NCBI GenBank assembly: GCA_017999915.1
Contig: JAGNKX010000010.1
Location: 12,381 to 76,380, forward strand
Source of the DNA: Spirochaetota bacterium
GTDB lineage: Bacteria > Spirochaetota > UBA4802 > UBA5550
Length of the DNA: 64,000 bases
Reading direction: 5' to 3'
The position numbers and the translations under genes are program-made. This document shows positions 9,644 through 19,064 of this stretch, piece after piece. The notes under the pieces were generated by a model that did no database searches, was not told the origin of the DNA, and saw nothing but the letters and a program-made list of their open reading frames with translations. The first letter of the stretch is position 1; each line of letters opens with the position of its first letter.

Positions 9644-9883
9644 ATCTGTATACCTCATTGAGATGTAAGCAAATTCCTTACAGAAAAATAAATGAAATAA
9701 CTACATAATAATAACCATCTGGACTATTGAAAGTCCTGCTTTTTCATCGTTATTATTATTGTGATGAATGATAATAGGCGTTTTCATGCATATAGTATGA
9801 AAAATGCCGATTATTCCATCAATTGAACGGAAAAGGGGGCCGAGGTGGCGATTCAAGACGGCATTATGGAGGAAAAGGAGACC

Positions 9884-10156
9884 ATGTTTATCAATATGAA
9901 GGAAGTGACAGCCACCGGTAAAATGAGAGAATTTTGTTCTACTCTTGAAGAGAGGGCTTCCGGGGGACATGAGATCATATTCGATTTCAAGGGAGTGCAG
10001 GACGTGGTTTCCAAGGACGCGGAACAGTTGATGACAACCTGCCTGAAGCTCAAGGAAATGGGGAATGTCATACGATTGAAGGATATGTCGCTTACGGTGA
10101 GGAACCAGTTCCTCCTTTCCGCAATTAATTACGCCACTGAAGAAGTCGTGCTCTGA
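9884..10156 (+). CDS. STAS-domain protein (anti-sigma-factor antagonist-like)
   Basis: IIFDFKGVQDVVSKDAEQLM ... VIRLKDMSLTVRNQFLLSAI resembles SpoIIAA/RsbV STAS; start set at the ATG preceded by AAGGAG. Confidence 0.55.
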   Translation: MFINMKEVTATGKMREFCSTLEERASGGHEIIFDFKGVQDVVSKDAEQLMTTCLKLKEMGNVIRLKDMSLTVRNQFLLSAINYATEEVVL

Positions 10157-10327
10157 TACGTCGATGAATACGGATCAACTATGCCCTATTCCCCACGATA
10201 CTATACATGAATCCGCGGAATCCTGTGATACTTTCCCTGTTGTTCCAGTTGGAAATCTAAAACGCCGGTCACCTGCATCGAATCGAGGCCGGACAGCGCC
10301 GCCCCTGTAGGTTGAATCTCTTTATGA

Positions 10328-10356
10328 TTGACAGGTGTCGGGTTATCGTATACTAT
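10328..10356 (+). promoter_or_regulatory. sigma70-like promoter TTGACA-N17-TACTAT upstream of the PAS/GAF kinase
   Basis: Consensus -35, 17-nt spacer and -10-like hexamer ~70 nt upstream of the ATG at 10427. Confidence 0.45.
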
Positions 10357-10426
10357 CATATTTGACGCCGGTCGGAATCATTGTGCCATTACCATTGAGA
10401 CAGAGGAGCGGTCATCGGTGCGGGCT

Positions 10427-13400
10427 ATGGCGAAACCATCCTATGAAACATTACAGAAAAAGGCTGCCCGGCTTGAAAAAGAGCTCAACCGGGTCAGGCT
10501 TTCGCAGCGCCGGAACGAGGTAGACCAACGTGATCTTGTCGAGAATGTCAATAGCATAATCCTCCGACTGGACACGAAGGGGAAAATCATTTTTATCAAT
10601 GATTATGCGCTGAAGTTCTTCGGTTACAGCGCTGATGAGATCACCGGGCAGAGCGTTATCGGAACGATAGTGCCGGAAAATGAAAGCACCGGCCGTGATC
10701 TGGCCGGAATGATGGAGGATATCTGCGCCCACCCGGAACGATACACAAGCAATGAAAACGAGAACATGAAAAAGGACGGCACCGTCGTGTGGGTGAGCTG
10801 GTCCAACAGGGCGCTAACGGACCAGAGCGGCGCGGTGACTGAGATCATCTGTGTCGGCAATGACATAACCAGGCTGAAAAAAGCCGAAGAGGCGGCCCGG
10901 GAAAGCGAGGAGAAGTACCGCGCTCTTTACGATTCTTCGATCAATATCATGTATATACATGATTTGAGCGGCAACTTCATCGATGCCAATGAGGCCGGTT
11001 TGAAACTTATAGGCTATACCCGCGAAGAGCTTAAAACCCTTACATTCATGGATATATTGCCACCGGACCAGGCGCAAAAAGCATTTGAAAAAACGGCGGA
11101 GATCATTGCCGCCGGGCATTCCATCGAAACCGTTGAATACCGGCTTCGCGCAAAAAACGGCGAAGAGAAGTACCTGGAGGTGTCCGCGTCGCCGCTCTAT
11201 CACCATGGAGAGCCCTATGGCATTCTTGGCATAGCGCACGACACCACCTCGACCAAGATGGCCGCGGCGGCCATACGCGAAAGCGAGGAGAAGTTCTCGA
11301 CGGCCTTCAGCAAGAGCCCGCTCCTGACCGCCATCAATACCATCGAGGACAACCGGTTCATTGATGTCAATGACCGCTTTCTTGAAGTGACCGGCTTTCA
11401 ACGCGATGAAGTGATAGGAAAGACGATCGCGGAAATAAATCTTTCTCCCAATATTGAAGAACAGCAAGCCATAGCCGCAGAGGTCCTGGAAACCGGCAGC
11501 GTCCGGGATAAGAAACTGCGTATCAGGACAAAATCGGGCGATCTGCGCTGGGGCCTCTTTACCGGCGAAATCATCAGCCTGGGACAAAAAAAATACTTAC
11601 TCACGATGATGAACGACGTCACCGAACGCAACATGGCCGAGGAGGAATTGAAGAAAAACGAGGCGGTGCTGCGAAGCATGCTGGAGGCGGTGCCGGTCGG
11701 CGTCGGCCTCCTGGTCGACCGGAAATTCAGCAAGGTGAATCCATCACTCTGCTCCATAACCGGATTTTCCGATAGCGAGATGATCGGGAAGGATACGCGC
11801 ATGCTCTACCCCGATGACGATGAATACGCCAGGGTGGGCCGGGAATTGTACGGCCAGATGGAGCGTGAGGGCCTGGGAATGCAGGAGGCCCGTCTCAGGA
11901 GGAAGGATGGGAGCTTGATAGACGTGCTGCTCTGCCTGAGTCCCTTCGATCCGAATGACATGAGCGTCGGGGTGGCGGCGACGGTCCTCGACATAACGGA
12001 GCGGAAATTTGCCCAGACCGAGAATGAATCCATTTCCCGCATCTCACGGCTTTTTCTTTTAAATGAAAAAATGTCCGATATCTTCGACGGCATAACGTCG
12101 ATTCTCGGCAACCAGTTCGGCTTTCCTGCAATCGGAATTGCCCGGTATGACGCCACGGCGGACGAGGTTGAATACCTGGGATCGGTGGGGATCCCCTGGG
12201 ACCGTGACGGCAGGCCCCGCTTTCCAGCCTCTGAGACCCTGACCGGCAGGGTCATAAAAACGGGACAGGCCTTTGTCTCTATGGATGTCAGCGACCAGAG
12301 GGAAAACCTGGCGCCGATTCTCAGGACGATGGGCGTTAAAACCTTCATCTGCGAGCCGGTTGTTATCGGTGATACCGTCTTCGGCGCCATTGCCCTGGGC
12401 GACAGGCGCATCAGGCCGGAGGCGGCGCGCATCGCCCGCACGATCCGGATCATCGCCGATTACCTGTCCCGGGAGCTGTCGCGGCGTCAGATTGAGGATA
12501 CGCTCAGGGAATCTGAAGAGCTGACCGTGAACCTCATGGCGAGCGTTAATGAGGGGATCGTTATCTTTAACCGCGACTTCCGTGTACTTCTCTGGAACAG
12601 GTTCATGGAAGAGCTGTCAGGCATCCCGGCGGAAAATGTCATCGGCAGGACGCCCCCTGATCTTTCCCCCTATATCAAGAACAGGGCCATGCTCGATGAT
12701 ATGAGGCGGGCCCTGGCCGGCGAGTCATTCAGGTCCGGGGACCTTGAATTTGAATTCGCCCGTTCCGGGCGCAAGGGATGGATGATCGGACAGTTCACGC
12801 CCCTCAGGAATTCGCAGCAGGAAGTTATCGGCATCATCGTTTCGATCCGCGACATTACCCGGCGCAGGATGGCCGAATTGAGCCTGGGGCGCACGCAGGA
12901 AGATCTAAGGGAAACGCTGGACGCCACCACGGACGGCATCTGGACATGGAATGCTAAAGGCAATGAGTATTATTTCAGTCCGCGATTCTATACCATGCTC
13001 GGCTATAAGCCTGAGGACTTCCCCGCGACCTTCCCCTCTTTCAAGACCCTGATACATCCCGATGACCTTGAACGATCCATCGCGGTCATCAAGAGGTTCT
13101 CGCGCACTGAACAGCCGGACATATATGAAAATGAGTTCCGCCTGAAGACCAGGGACGGCTCATACCGGTGGATCTATTCGCGGGCCCGGGTCGTCGAGCG
13201 CGATCAGGAAGGACGGGCCCTGCGGCTGATCGGCAACCACGAGGATATCACGGACCGTAAAATAGCGGAAGAGCGCCTGAGGGGACAGCTTGCCGTAAAC
13301 ATGGCGCTCTCCGGCCTCTCGGGATCCATTATCTCGCAATCATACACCATAACGGACATCGCGATCATCGTCCTCGAATACGCCAAATTGCTGACCGATA

Positions 13401-14425
13401 GCGACGACGGATATGTTTCTGAAATATCCAAGGATACCGGCGATAATATCATCCTTTCGACTACAATTAAACTGCCCGACGACCATGCGATGAAAGCGAA
13501 GAAGGACCATGGCGGCCAGTCCAACGGCGGCGACAGGCATTATGGAGGGCTCTGGGGCCACTCGCTGAACACGCGCCAGGCCTTTTTTACGAACAGTCCT
13601 TCGGATCATCCATCCTGGGCGGTCCCGCCCGCGGGCCATCCTTCCATCAAGCGCTTCCTGTCGGTCCCGGTCCTTTTTTACAGCGAGCTGGTCGGGCAGA
13701 TAGCCCTGGCCAACGCCGCCCGTGATTATAACGATAACGACATCATAACGGTGCGCCGCCTCGGGTCCCTGTTCGCCATGGCCATAAACCGCATTCGCAA
13801 CGAGAACAGGCTGATGCAGTCCCTCCATGAGAAGGAGGTGCTCATCAAGGAGCTCCACCACAGGGTCAAGAACAACATGCAGGTCATATCCAGCCTCCTG
13901 GGCCTGCAATCGCGGAAGGTGGATGATGAAAAATACCGCAAGTATTTCGAGGAGAGCCAGAACCGCATCCATGCCATGGCCATGGTCCATGAAAAGCTGT
14001 ACCGGGCGGACGACATGGCGCGCGTCAATTTCGCGGAATACATCAACGAGCTGGCGCGGCACCTCTTCTATTCATACAACATCAACCGCCAGACGGTGCG
14101 CCTGACGATTGATGTGCGGGATATTTTCCTGGGCATCGACATGGCCGTTCCCTGCGCCATGATCATCAACGAGCTTGTGACAAACGCGATCAAGCACGCG
14201 TTCCCCGGCGGCCGAAGCGGTGAGCTGTCTGTGGCGCTGGTCAATACCGAAGACGGGAAATACCACCTGACCGTCAGCGATAACGGAGTGGGGCTGCCGG
14301 AGGGAGTGGATATCAACGCGATGAATACCCTGGGCCTCCAGATCGTCCATTCCCTGACCAAGCAGGTCAGGGGGGTCCTCACGCTGGACGGCACGCGCGG
14401 CACCAGGATCGACATTATATTTTGA
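10427..14425 (+). CDS. multi-PAS/GAF sensor histidine kinase (HisKA_2 + HATPase_c)
   Basis: N-terminal coiled coil, about seven PAS/PAC repeats, GAF-like regions; HHRVKNNMQVISSLL (HisKA_2 H-box); G-boxes in the C-terminal ATPase. Confidence 0.85.
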   Translation: MAKPSYETLQKKAARLEKELNRVRLSQRRNEVDQRDLVENVNSIILRLDTKGKIIFINDYALKFFGYSADEITGQSVIGTIVPENESTGRDLAGMMEDICAHPERYTSNENENMKKDGTVVWVSWSNRALTDQSGAVTEIICVGNDITRLKKAEEAARESEEKYRALYDSSINIMYIHDLSGNFIDANEAGLKLIGYTREELKTLTFMDILPPDQAQKAFEKTAEIIAAGHSIETVEYRLRAKNGEEKYLEVSASPLYHHGEPYGILGIAHDTTSTKMAAAAIRESEEKFSTAFSKSPLLTAINTIEDNRFIDVNDRFLEVTGFQRDEVIGKTIAEINLSPNIEEQQAIAAEVLETGSVRDKKLRIRTKSGDLRWGLFTGEIISLGQKKYLLTMMNDVTERNMAEEELKKNEAVLRSMLEAVPVGVGLLVDRKFSKVNPSLCSITGFSDSEMIGKDTRMLYPDDDEYARVGRELYGQMEREGLGMQEARLRRKDGSLIDVLLCLSPFDPNDMSVGVAATVLDITERKFAQTENESISRISRLFLLNEKMSDIFDGITSILGNQFGFPAIGIARYDATADEVEYLGSVGIPWDRDGRPRFPASETLTGRVIKTGQAFVSMDVSDQRENLAPILRTMGVKTFICEPVVIGDTVFGAIALGDRRIRPEAARIARTIRIIADYLSRELSRRQIEDTLRESEELTVNLMASVNEGIVIFNRDFRVLLWNRFMEELSGIPAENVIGRTPPDLSPYIKNRAMLDDMRRALAGESFRSGDLEFEFARSGRKGWMIGQFTPLRNSQQEVIGIIVSIRDITRRRMAELSLGRTQEDLRETLDATTDGIWTWNAKGNEYYFSPRFYTMLGYKPEDFPATFPSFKTLIHPDDLERSIAVIKRFSRTEQPDIYENEFRLKTRDGSYRWIYSRARVVERDQEGRALRLIGNHEDITDRKIAEERLRGQLAVNMALSGLSGSIISQSYTITDIAIIVLEYAKLLTDSDDGYVSEISKDTGDNIILSTTIKLPDDHAMKAKKDHGGQSNGGDRHYGGLWGHSLNTRQAFFTNSPSDHPSWAVPPAGHPSIKRFLSVPVLFYSELVGQIALANAARDYNDNDIITVRRLGSLFAMAINRIRNENRLMQSLHEKEVLIKELHHRVKNNMQVISSLLGLQSRKVDDEKYRKYFEESQNRIHAMAMVHEKLYRADDMARVNFAEYINELARHLFYSYNINRQTVRLTIDVRDIFLGIDMAVPCAMIINELVTNAIKHAFPGGRSGELSVALVNTEDGKYHLTVSDNGVGLPEGVDINAMNTLGLQIVHSLTKQVRGVLTLDGTRGTRIDIIF

Positions 14426-14455
14426 CGCCGGGCGCGTCCCGGACGGCAGGAGCGG

Positions 14456-15820
14456 ATGAAAAAGCCGAAGATACTCATCATTGAGGATGATCCCGTCACC
14501 GTGATGTACCTGCAGGAGATGCTCGAGTTCCGCAAGTACCGGGTCGTCGGCTCGGCGCCGGACGGGCCGGGGGCCATTGCCCTGGCGCACAGCGAGCAGC
14601 CGGACCTCATCCTGATGGACGTGATCCTGGAGGGGGCCATGGACGGGATCGATGCCGCCATGGAGATACAGTCCCGCCTGGACATCCCCGTGGTGTACCT
14701 GACTGCGAGCACCGACGAGAAGAACCTCAGGCGCGCCCAGGAGACCGATCCCTACGGGTATCTCATCAAGCCGCTCAAGGATTACGATCTTTATTCCGCC
14801 ATCGAGACGGCCCTCACGCGGCACCGCCTGGAGGGGAAGATCAAGGAGAGCGAGGCCTTCGTGTCGAGCCTCATGAATTCTGTGCCGGTCCCGGTCATCG
14901 TCGTGGACCTTGACCAGACGATCCGGTATGTCAACCGGGCCTTCGAGTCCCTGACGGGATTCGAATCGGCCGAGGTGGTCGGATCCGCGCCGCCCTATCC
15001 CTGGCGGCATGAGAGGGTCGCCGGGGCTGATACTGCCGGCGAGGCCGGTCCCCTGCGGGACAACGAGGAGAATCACCGGAAGAAGAACGGGGAGAAGATC
15101 ACGGTGGTCGTCTCGTCGGTGCCGGTGCACCGCGGCGACGAGCTGCTGTACCATCTCGTCAGCTGGGAGGACGTGACCCTGCGCCGGAAGCTGGAGGAGC
15201 AGATCCTGGACATCAGCGAGCGGGAGCGGATCAGCATCGGCCGGGACCTCCATGACGGCATCGGCCAGGAGATCACCGCCGTGGGGTATCTCCTCGGCGT
15301 GCTGGTGAAAAAGATCAAGCTGGGACGGCTCCCCGGCGACGAGGAAACGAACGCGGTCGTAAAGCAGCTCGACCACGTGAAGACCCACGTGCGGCTCATG
15401 GCGAAGGGACTGTCGCCGGTGATCGTGGAGCGGAACGGCATCGCCATCGCCATCGGCGAATTGTGCCGGAGCGCCGAGGGGATTTACAGCATCCGCTGCG
15501 AGGCGGACTGCGACGACATCGTCATCCGGGACGCATCGAAGGCGACCCATATCTATTATATCGTGCAGGAGTCGCTGAACAACGCCGTCAAGCACGGCAA
15601 GTCGAAGAATATCAAGGTCATGCTGAAGCGCCGGGGCGCCGGCATTTTTTTTTCCATCGTGGACGATGGGATCGGCCTTCCGGACGAGACCGCCCGGAAG
15701 GAGGGCCTGGGGCTCACCTTCATGAAGTACCGCGCAGATATCATCGGGGGCGTTCTTAACGTGAACAGGAGAAAACCGTCCGGGACGATCATTACCTGCG
15801 TCATTAACAGGATCGATTGA
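14456..15820 (+). CDS. hybrid signalling protein: REC receiver + PAS + HisKA_3 (NarX/DegS-type) histidine kinase + HATPase_c
   Basis: N-terminal KILIIEDDPV..DLILMDV receiver; ERERISIGRDLHDGIGQEITAV is a textbook HisKA_3 H-box; NNAVKHG..DDGIGL ATPase boxes. Confidence 0.85.
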   Translation: MKKPKILIIEDDPVTVMYLQEMLEFRKYRVVGSAPDGPGAIALAHSEQPDLILMDVILEGAMDGIDAAMEIQSRLDIPVVYLTASTDEKNLRRAQETDPYGYLIKPLKDYDLYSAIETALTRHRLEGKIKESEAFVSSLMNSVPVPVIVVDLDQTIRYVNRAFESLTGFESAEVVGSAPPYPWRHERVAGADTAGEAGPLRDNEENHRKKNGEKITVVVSSVPVHRGDELLYHLVSWEDVTLRRKLEEQILDISERERISIGRDLHDGIGQEITAVGYLLGVLVKKIKLGRLPGDEETNAVVKQLDHVKTHVRLMAKGLSPVIVERNGIAIAIGELCRSAEGIYSIRCEADCDDIVIRDASKATHIYYIVQESLNNAVKHGKSKNIKVMLKRRGAGIFFSIVDDGIGLPDETARKEGLGLTFMKYRADIIGGVLNVNRRKPSGTIITCVINRID

Positions 15821-16004
15821 AAAACCTCGATATGGATGGGCCGGTCGATATATATTAGAGTTGTTGCAAAACGAACTATTTTAAAGGGGTCTAAGGGGCG
15901 TAGCCCCTTAAAAGCCCCCCGCAGGGGGTCCCCTGCGAGCGCGAGACGCAGTTTCGCAACAAGTCTATTCATTATAACAGAACGGGACAAAGGGGGGACA
16001 TGTA

Positions 16005-16670
16005 GATAAGATCAAGGTATTCATAGTCGATGACCATGAGATCGTGCGATTGGGGCTGGTGCAGTACCTGAACAGCCATGACCAGCTTCTTGTATGCGGC
16101 CAGGCCGGGGACGCCAACTCCGCCATCGCGGCCATCAATGAATGCATGCCCGATATCGCCGTGGTCGACATCAGCCTCGAGGGCGTCAGCGGCATAGACC
16201 TGATCAAGGCCATCAAGAGCCGCTACCGCCAGGTGGCGGTCATGGCGCTGTCGATGCACGCCGAAAAGGAGGTCGTGAGACGGGCCCTTCAGGCCGGCGC
16301 AGGCGGGTACGTGCTCAAGAGCGAGCCGGTGGACCAGGTGGTGGAAGCGATTGAAAAGATCATAGCCGGCAAAAGCTATATTAGCGAATCCCTCCGGGAA
16401 TCCCTCATGGACATCGTATCGATGAAGGAAGAGGGGCCGGAAGAGCTGTTGACCCAGCTGACGGACCGGGAGCTGGATATCTTCAAGCTTATCGGCGAGG
16501 GACTCGACAGAAGGGAGATAGCCCAGAGAATGGGAATCAGCACCTCAACCATCGGAACATACCGGGACCGGATTAAAAACAAGCTCAACATGAAAAGCTC
16601 CGGGGAGTTGATACGCTTCGCGGTCAAGTGGACTTCAAAGGGTGAGGATGAAAATCTGACAAAAAAGTAA
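16005..16670 (+). CDS. NarL/LuxR-family response regulator (REC + LuxR HTH); no in-frame canonical start
   Basis: DKIKVFIVDDHEIVR receiver N-terminus; LTDRELDIFKLIGEGLDRREIAQRMGISTSTI LuxR HTH. Upstream ATG at ~16000 is immediately followed by TAG and is out of frame by 1 nt; the first in-frame start is GTG at 16044. Confidence 0.7.
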   Translation, partial: DKIKVFIVDDHEIVRLGLVQYLNSHDQLLVCGQAGDANSAIAAINECMPDIAVVDISLEGVSGIDLIKAIKSRYRQVAVMALSMHAEKEVVRRALQAGAGGYVLKSEPVDQVVEAIEKIIAGKSYISESLRESLMDIVSMKEEGPEELLTQLTDRELDIFKLIGEGLDRREIAQRMGISTSTIGTYRDRIKNKLNMKSSGELIRFAVKWTSKGEDENLTKK

Positions 16671-16868
16671 TATATGTATAAAATAGACAAATTTTAATAA
16701 TCACATCCATAGAACTGCATTTCTAAAACAGCATAATCCTTACATATTGTTATCCGAATGTAAGGGAATGCCCTGCAAGAAGAATCATCATTTTAACTAC
16801 AATTATATCATTACAATGATTATTGTGCATTTGGCCAAAAGCCGGTACATTTCAACCATAAAGAAACC

Positions 16869-16882
16869 GGGTGTCAGAGTAA
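16869..16882 (+). repeat. copy of the dispersed GGKGYCAGAGYAA intergenic motif (GGGTGTCAGAGTAA)
   Basis: One of ~17 copies in the window; ~140 bp upstream of MCP 17018. Confidence 0.6.
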
Positions 16883-17017
16883 CGGTTCCCTTTTTCCTTA
16901 AGTGATCCGGTTTGATGAAGAGAAAACGTCGTAACGGGCAGATTCGTGATATTCGGGTAAATGTTCCAGGATATCCATTAATCAATAGCAAGTTCAAGTA
17001 TGATGGGAGGCATCGAT

Positions 17018-18772
17018 ATGAAATGGTTCAATAATTTAAAAGTCGGGAAGAAGGTATTCCTGTCCAGCTTTATATTCCTGGTGATTATTTTCATCATATC
17101 CATTATGAGCATCATATCACTGAGAATGTTCAACAATAATTTTATCGGATTTTACAACGATCGTTTCATGCCGGTGACGCAGCTCAATACTATTCTGCAG
17201 GATTTTTTACACATACGGGTAAATATGGGGATTTCTCAGACGGCCGCCGAAGACAACGACTGGAATCTTGTCAGAAGCAAAGTTGAGGAAACAAAAAAAT
17301 ATGGCGAGGACTATCAGAATCTCTGGAAGAAGTATATGAGCACCTCCATGGATTCCGAAGAGAAAGCTCTCGCAGCAGATTTTGAAAAGATCGTTGAGCC
17401 GATTCGGGCCGCCCGGGCCGAATACCAGAAGGCCCTCGATGCGCGGGATTTGAAAAGAAGCAAGGCTTATCTCGATAAATGGATGGAGGGATATACCGCT
17501 CTTGAAGCCCATACCGTGAAAATGATCAAGTACCAGGAGAACTATGGCAAACAGATGATGAATGACCAAAACGGCTCTTATAACACCCAGCTCGTTGTCA
17601 GCATTATTGTTCTTGCCATCGCGATCGGCCTGGGCATCGTCGTTACGATGCTACTTTCCCGCGCCGTGTCCGTGCCGGTCGCCAAGGGCCTCGGGTTTGC
17701 GCAGCAGCTCGCCGACGGCGATCTCACCACGAGGATCGACCTCGACCAGGAAGATGAGCTGGGCCGCCTCGCCAAGGCGTTGAACAGCGCCGCCGACAGT
17801 CTCGAAAATCTCATATCCAATGTCATCGTTTCCTCGCAGAACCTGTCCCAGGCGGTGGAGCAGATCGCCAGCGGCAACCAGAACCTGTCGCAACGCACCA
17901 GCGAGCAGGCTTCGAGCCTCGAGGAAATAGCCTCCACGATCGAAGAGGCCACGGCCACCATCAACCAGAACGCGGATAACGCCGGAAGGGCCCGGGATCT
18001 CACGGAGACGGGTTCGGTCAAGTCCGTTGAAGGTAACAAGATAGCCGTCGAGGCGGTGTCATCCATCACGGATATGAATGAATCGAGCAAGAAGGTCGCC
18101 GATATCATAGCGGTGATCAACGAGATCGCCTTCCAGACGAACCTCCTGGCGCTGAACGCGGCAGTCGAGGCCGCCCGGGCAGGAGAGCAGGGCCGCGGCT
18201 TCGCGGTGGTCGCCGGCGAGGTGCGGAACCTGGCCCAGCGGTCCGGCAACGCCGCCAAGGAGATCGAAACCCTCATCAAGGACACGGTCAGCAAGGTTGA
18301 CAAGAGCACCGAGCTGGTGAACAAGACGGGGAGCGCCCTGAACGAGATCGCCGAGGCGGCCAAGACGTCGGTCCAGATCATCACCGAGATCGCTGCCGCG
18401 AGCATGGAGCAGAAGCAGGGGATCAACCAGATCAACAACGCCATTACCGAGATGGATACCATGACCCAGCAGAACGCGTCCCTGGTGGAAGAAACCGCGT
18501 CCGCCAGCGAAGAGATGGCGAACCAGGCAGCGGAGCTCCTGGACATGGTGCAGCGCTTCAAGATCAGCGATGAGATAAAGAACGGCGCCTACAGCCAGAA
18601 GCACCGTGAGCTGCACCTGAAGGCCGCGGCCAAGACTCCCGGGGCGGAGCCAAAAAAAGAAAAGAAAGACGGCAACGGCCGGATGAAATCGACTGAACCG
18701 AAAATCGCAAAAAAAGCCGAAGGCGGTTCAATGAACGATATCCTCAAGCAGGAGGGATTCGAAGAGTTCTGA
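17018..18772 (+). CDS. methyl-accepting chemotaxis protein (4HB periplasmic domain, HAMP, MCP signal domain)
   Basis: Two TM segments flanking a ~150-aa periplasmic region; HAMP; highly conserved MCP signalling region ([15 protein letters not shown]...[40 protein letters not shown]). Confidence 0.9.
   Translation: MKWFNNLKVGKKVFLSSFIFLVIIFIISIMSIISLRMFNNNFIGFYNDRFMPVTQLNTILQDFLHIRVNMGISQTAAEDNDWNLVRSKVEETKKYGEDYQNLWKKYMSTSMDSEEKALAADFEKIVEPIRAARAEYQKALDARDLKRSKAYLDKWMEGYTALEAHTVKMIKYQENYGKQMMNDQNGSYNTQLVVSIIVLAIAIGLGIVVTMLLSRAVSVPVAKGLGFAQQLADGDLTTRIDLDQEDELGRLAKALNSAADSLENLISNVIVSSQNLSQAVEQIASGNQNLSQRTSEQASSLEEIASTIEEATATINQNADNAGRARDLTETGSVKSVEGNKIAVEAVSSITDMNESSKKVADIIAVINEIAFQTNLLALNAAVEAARAGEQGRGFAVVAGEVRNLAQRSGNAAKEIETLIKDTVSKVDKSTELVNKTGSALNEIAEAAKTSVQIITEIAAASMEQKQGINQINNAITEMDTMTQQNASLVEETASASEEMANQAAELLDMVQRFKISDEIKNGAYSQKHRELHLKAAAKTPGAEPKKEKKDGNGRMKSTEPKIAKKAEGGSMNDILKQEGFEEF
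18107..18245 (+). repeat. ~140-bp segment ~97% identical to 20147..20285 (MCP paralog signalling-domain core)
   Basis: Runs of >70 identical nt inside the two MCP genes. Confidence 0.8.
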
Positions 18773-18819
18773 TACTTTATTACCTCGTCTCTCACTAACC
18801 GCATATCCCACATACTTAA

Positions 18820-18848
18820 GGGAGAACTCACCGTTCTCCCTTTTTTTC
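18820..18848 (+). terminator. rho-independent terminator (gggagaac-tcacc-gttctccc + T7)
   Basis: Perfect 8-bp stem followed by TTTTTTT directly after the MCP stop. Confidence 0.65.
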
Positions 18849-18954
18849 TATTGCTCTGACACCGGGACACCAGGCTATTGCCAGGCATAACTATTATTGT
18901 ATGCGTGTATTTAGGGGAATCTCCTTACAAAAAAAGAAGTAATAAGCCTTTCAT

Positions 18955-18963
18955 TGATATAAT
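18955..18963 (+). promoter_or_regulatory. extended -10 element TGATATAAT upstream of the second MCP
   Basis: Exact TGnTATAAT ~100 nt upstream of ATG 19065 in an AT-rich spacer. Confidence 0.35.
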
Positions 18964-19064
18964 GGGAACAATTATATCCGATTTCTTTGTTCCATGGTAC
19001 TTTTGGTATTAGTGTAAAATAAGATTTTTAGAAAATAATGTATTACTAACATAGGGGGCATTTC

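Noticed and set aside
15860-15960. c-di-GMP or other known riboswitch in the hairpin cluster
   Set aside because: Could not match any riboswitch consensus by eye; kept only as a generic structured-RNA candidate.
16044-16670. Using the GTG at 16044 as the true start of the NarL-type regulator
   Set aside because: Would remove the conserved DD acidic pocket of the receiver domain; upstream in-frame sequence clearly encodes the receiver N-terminus.
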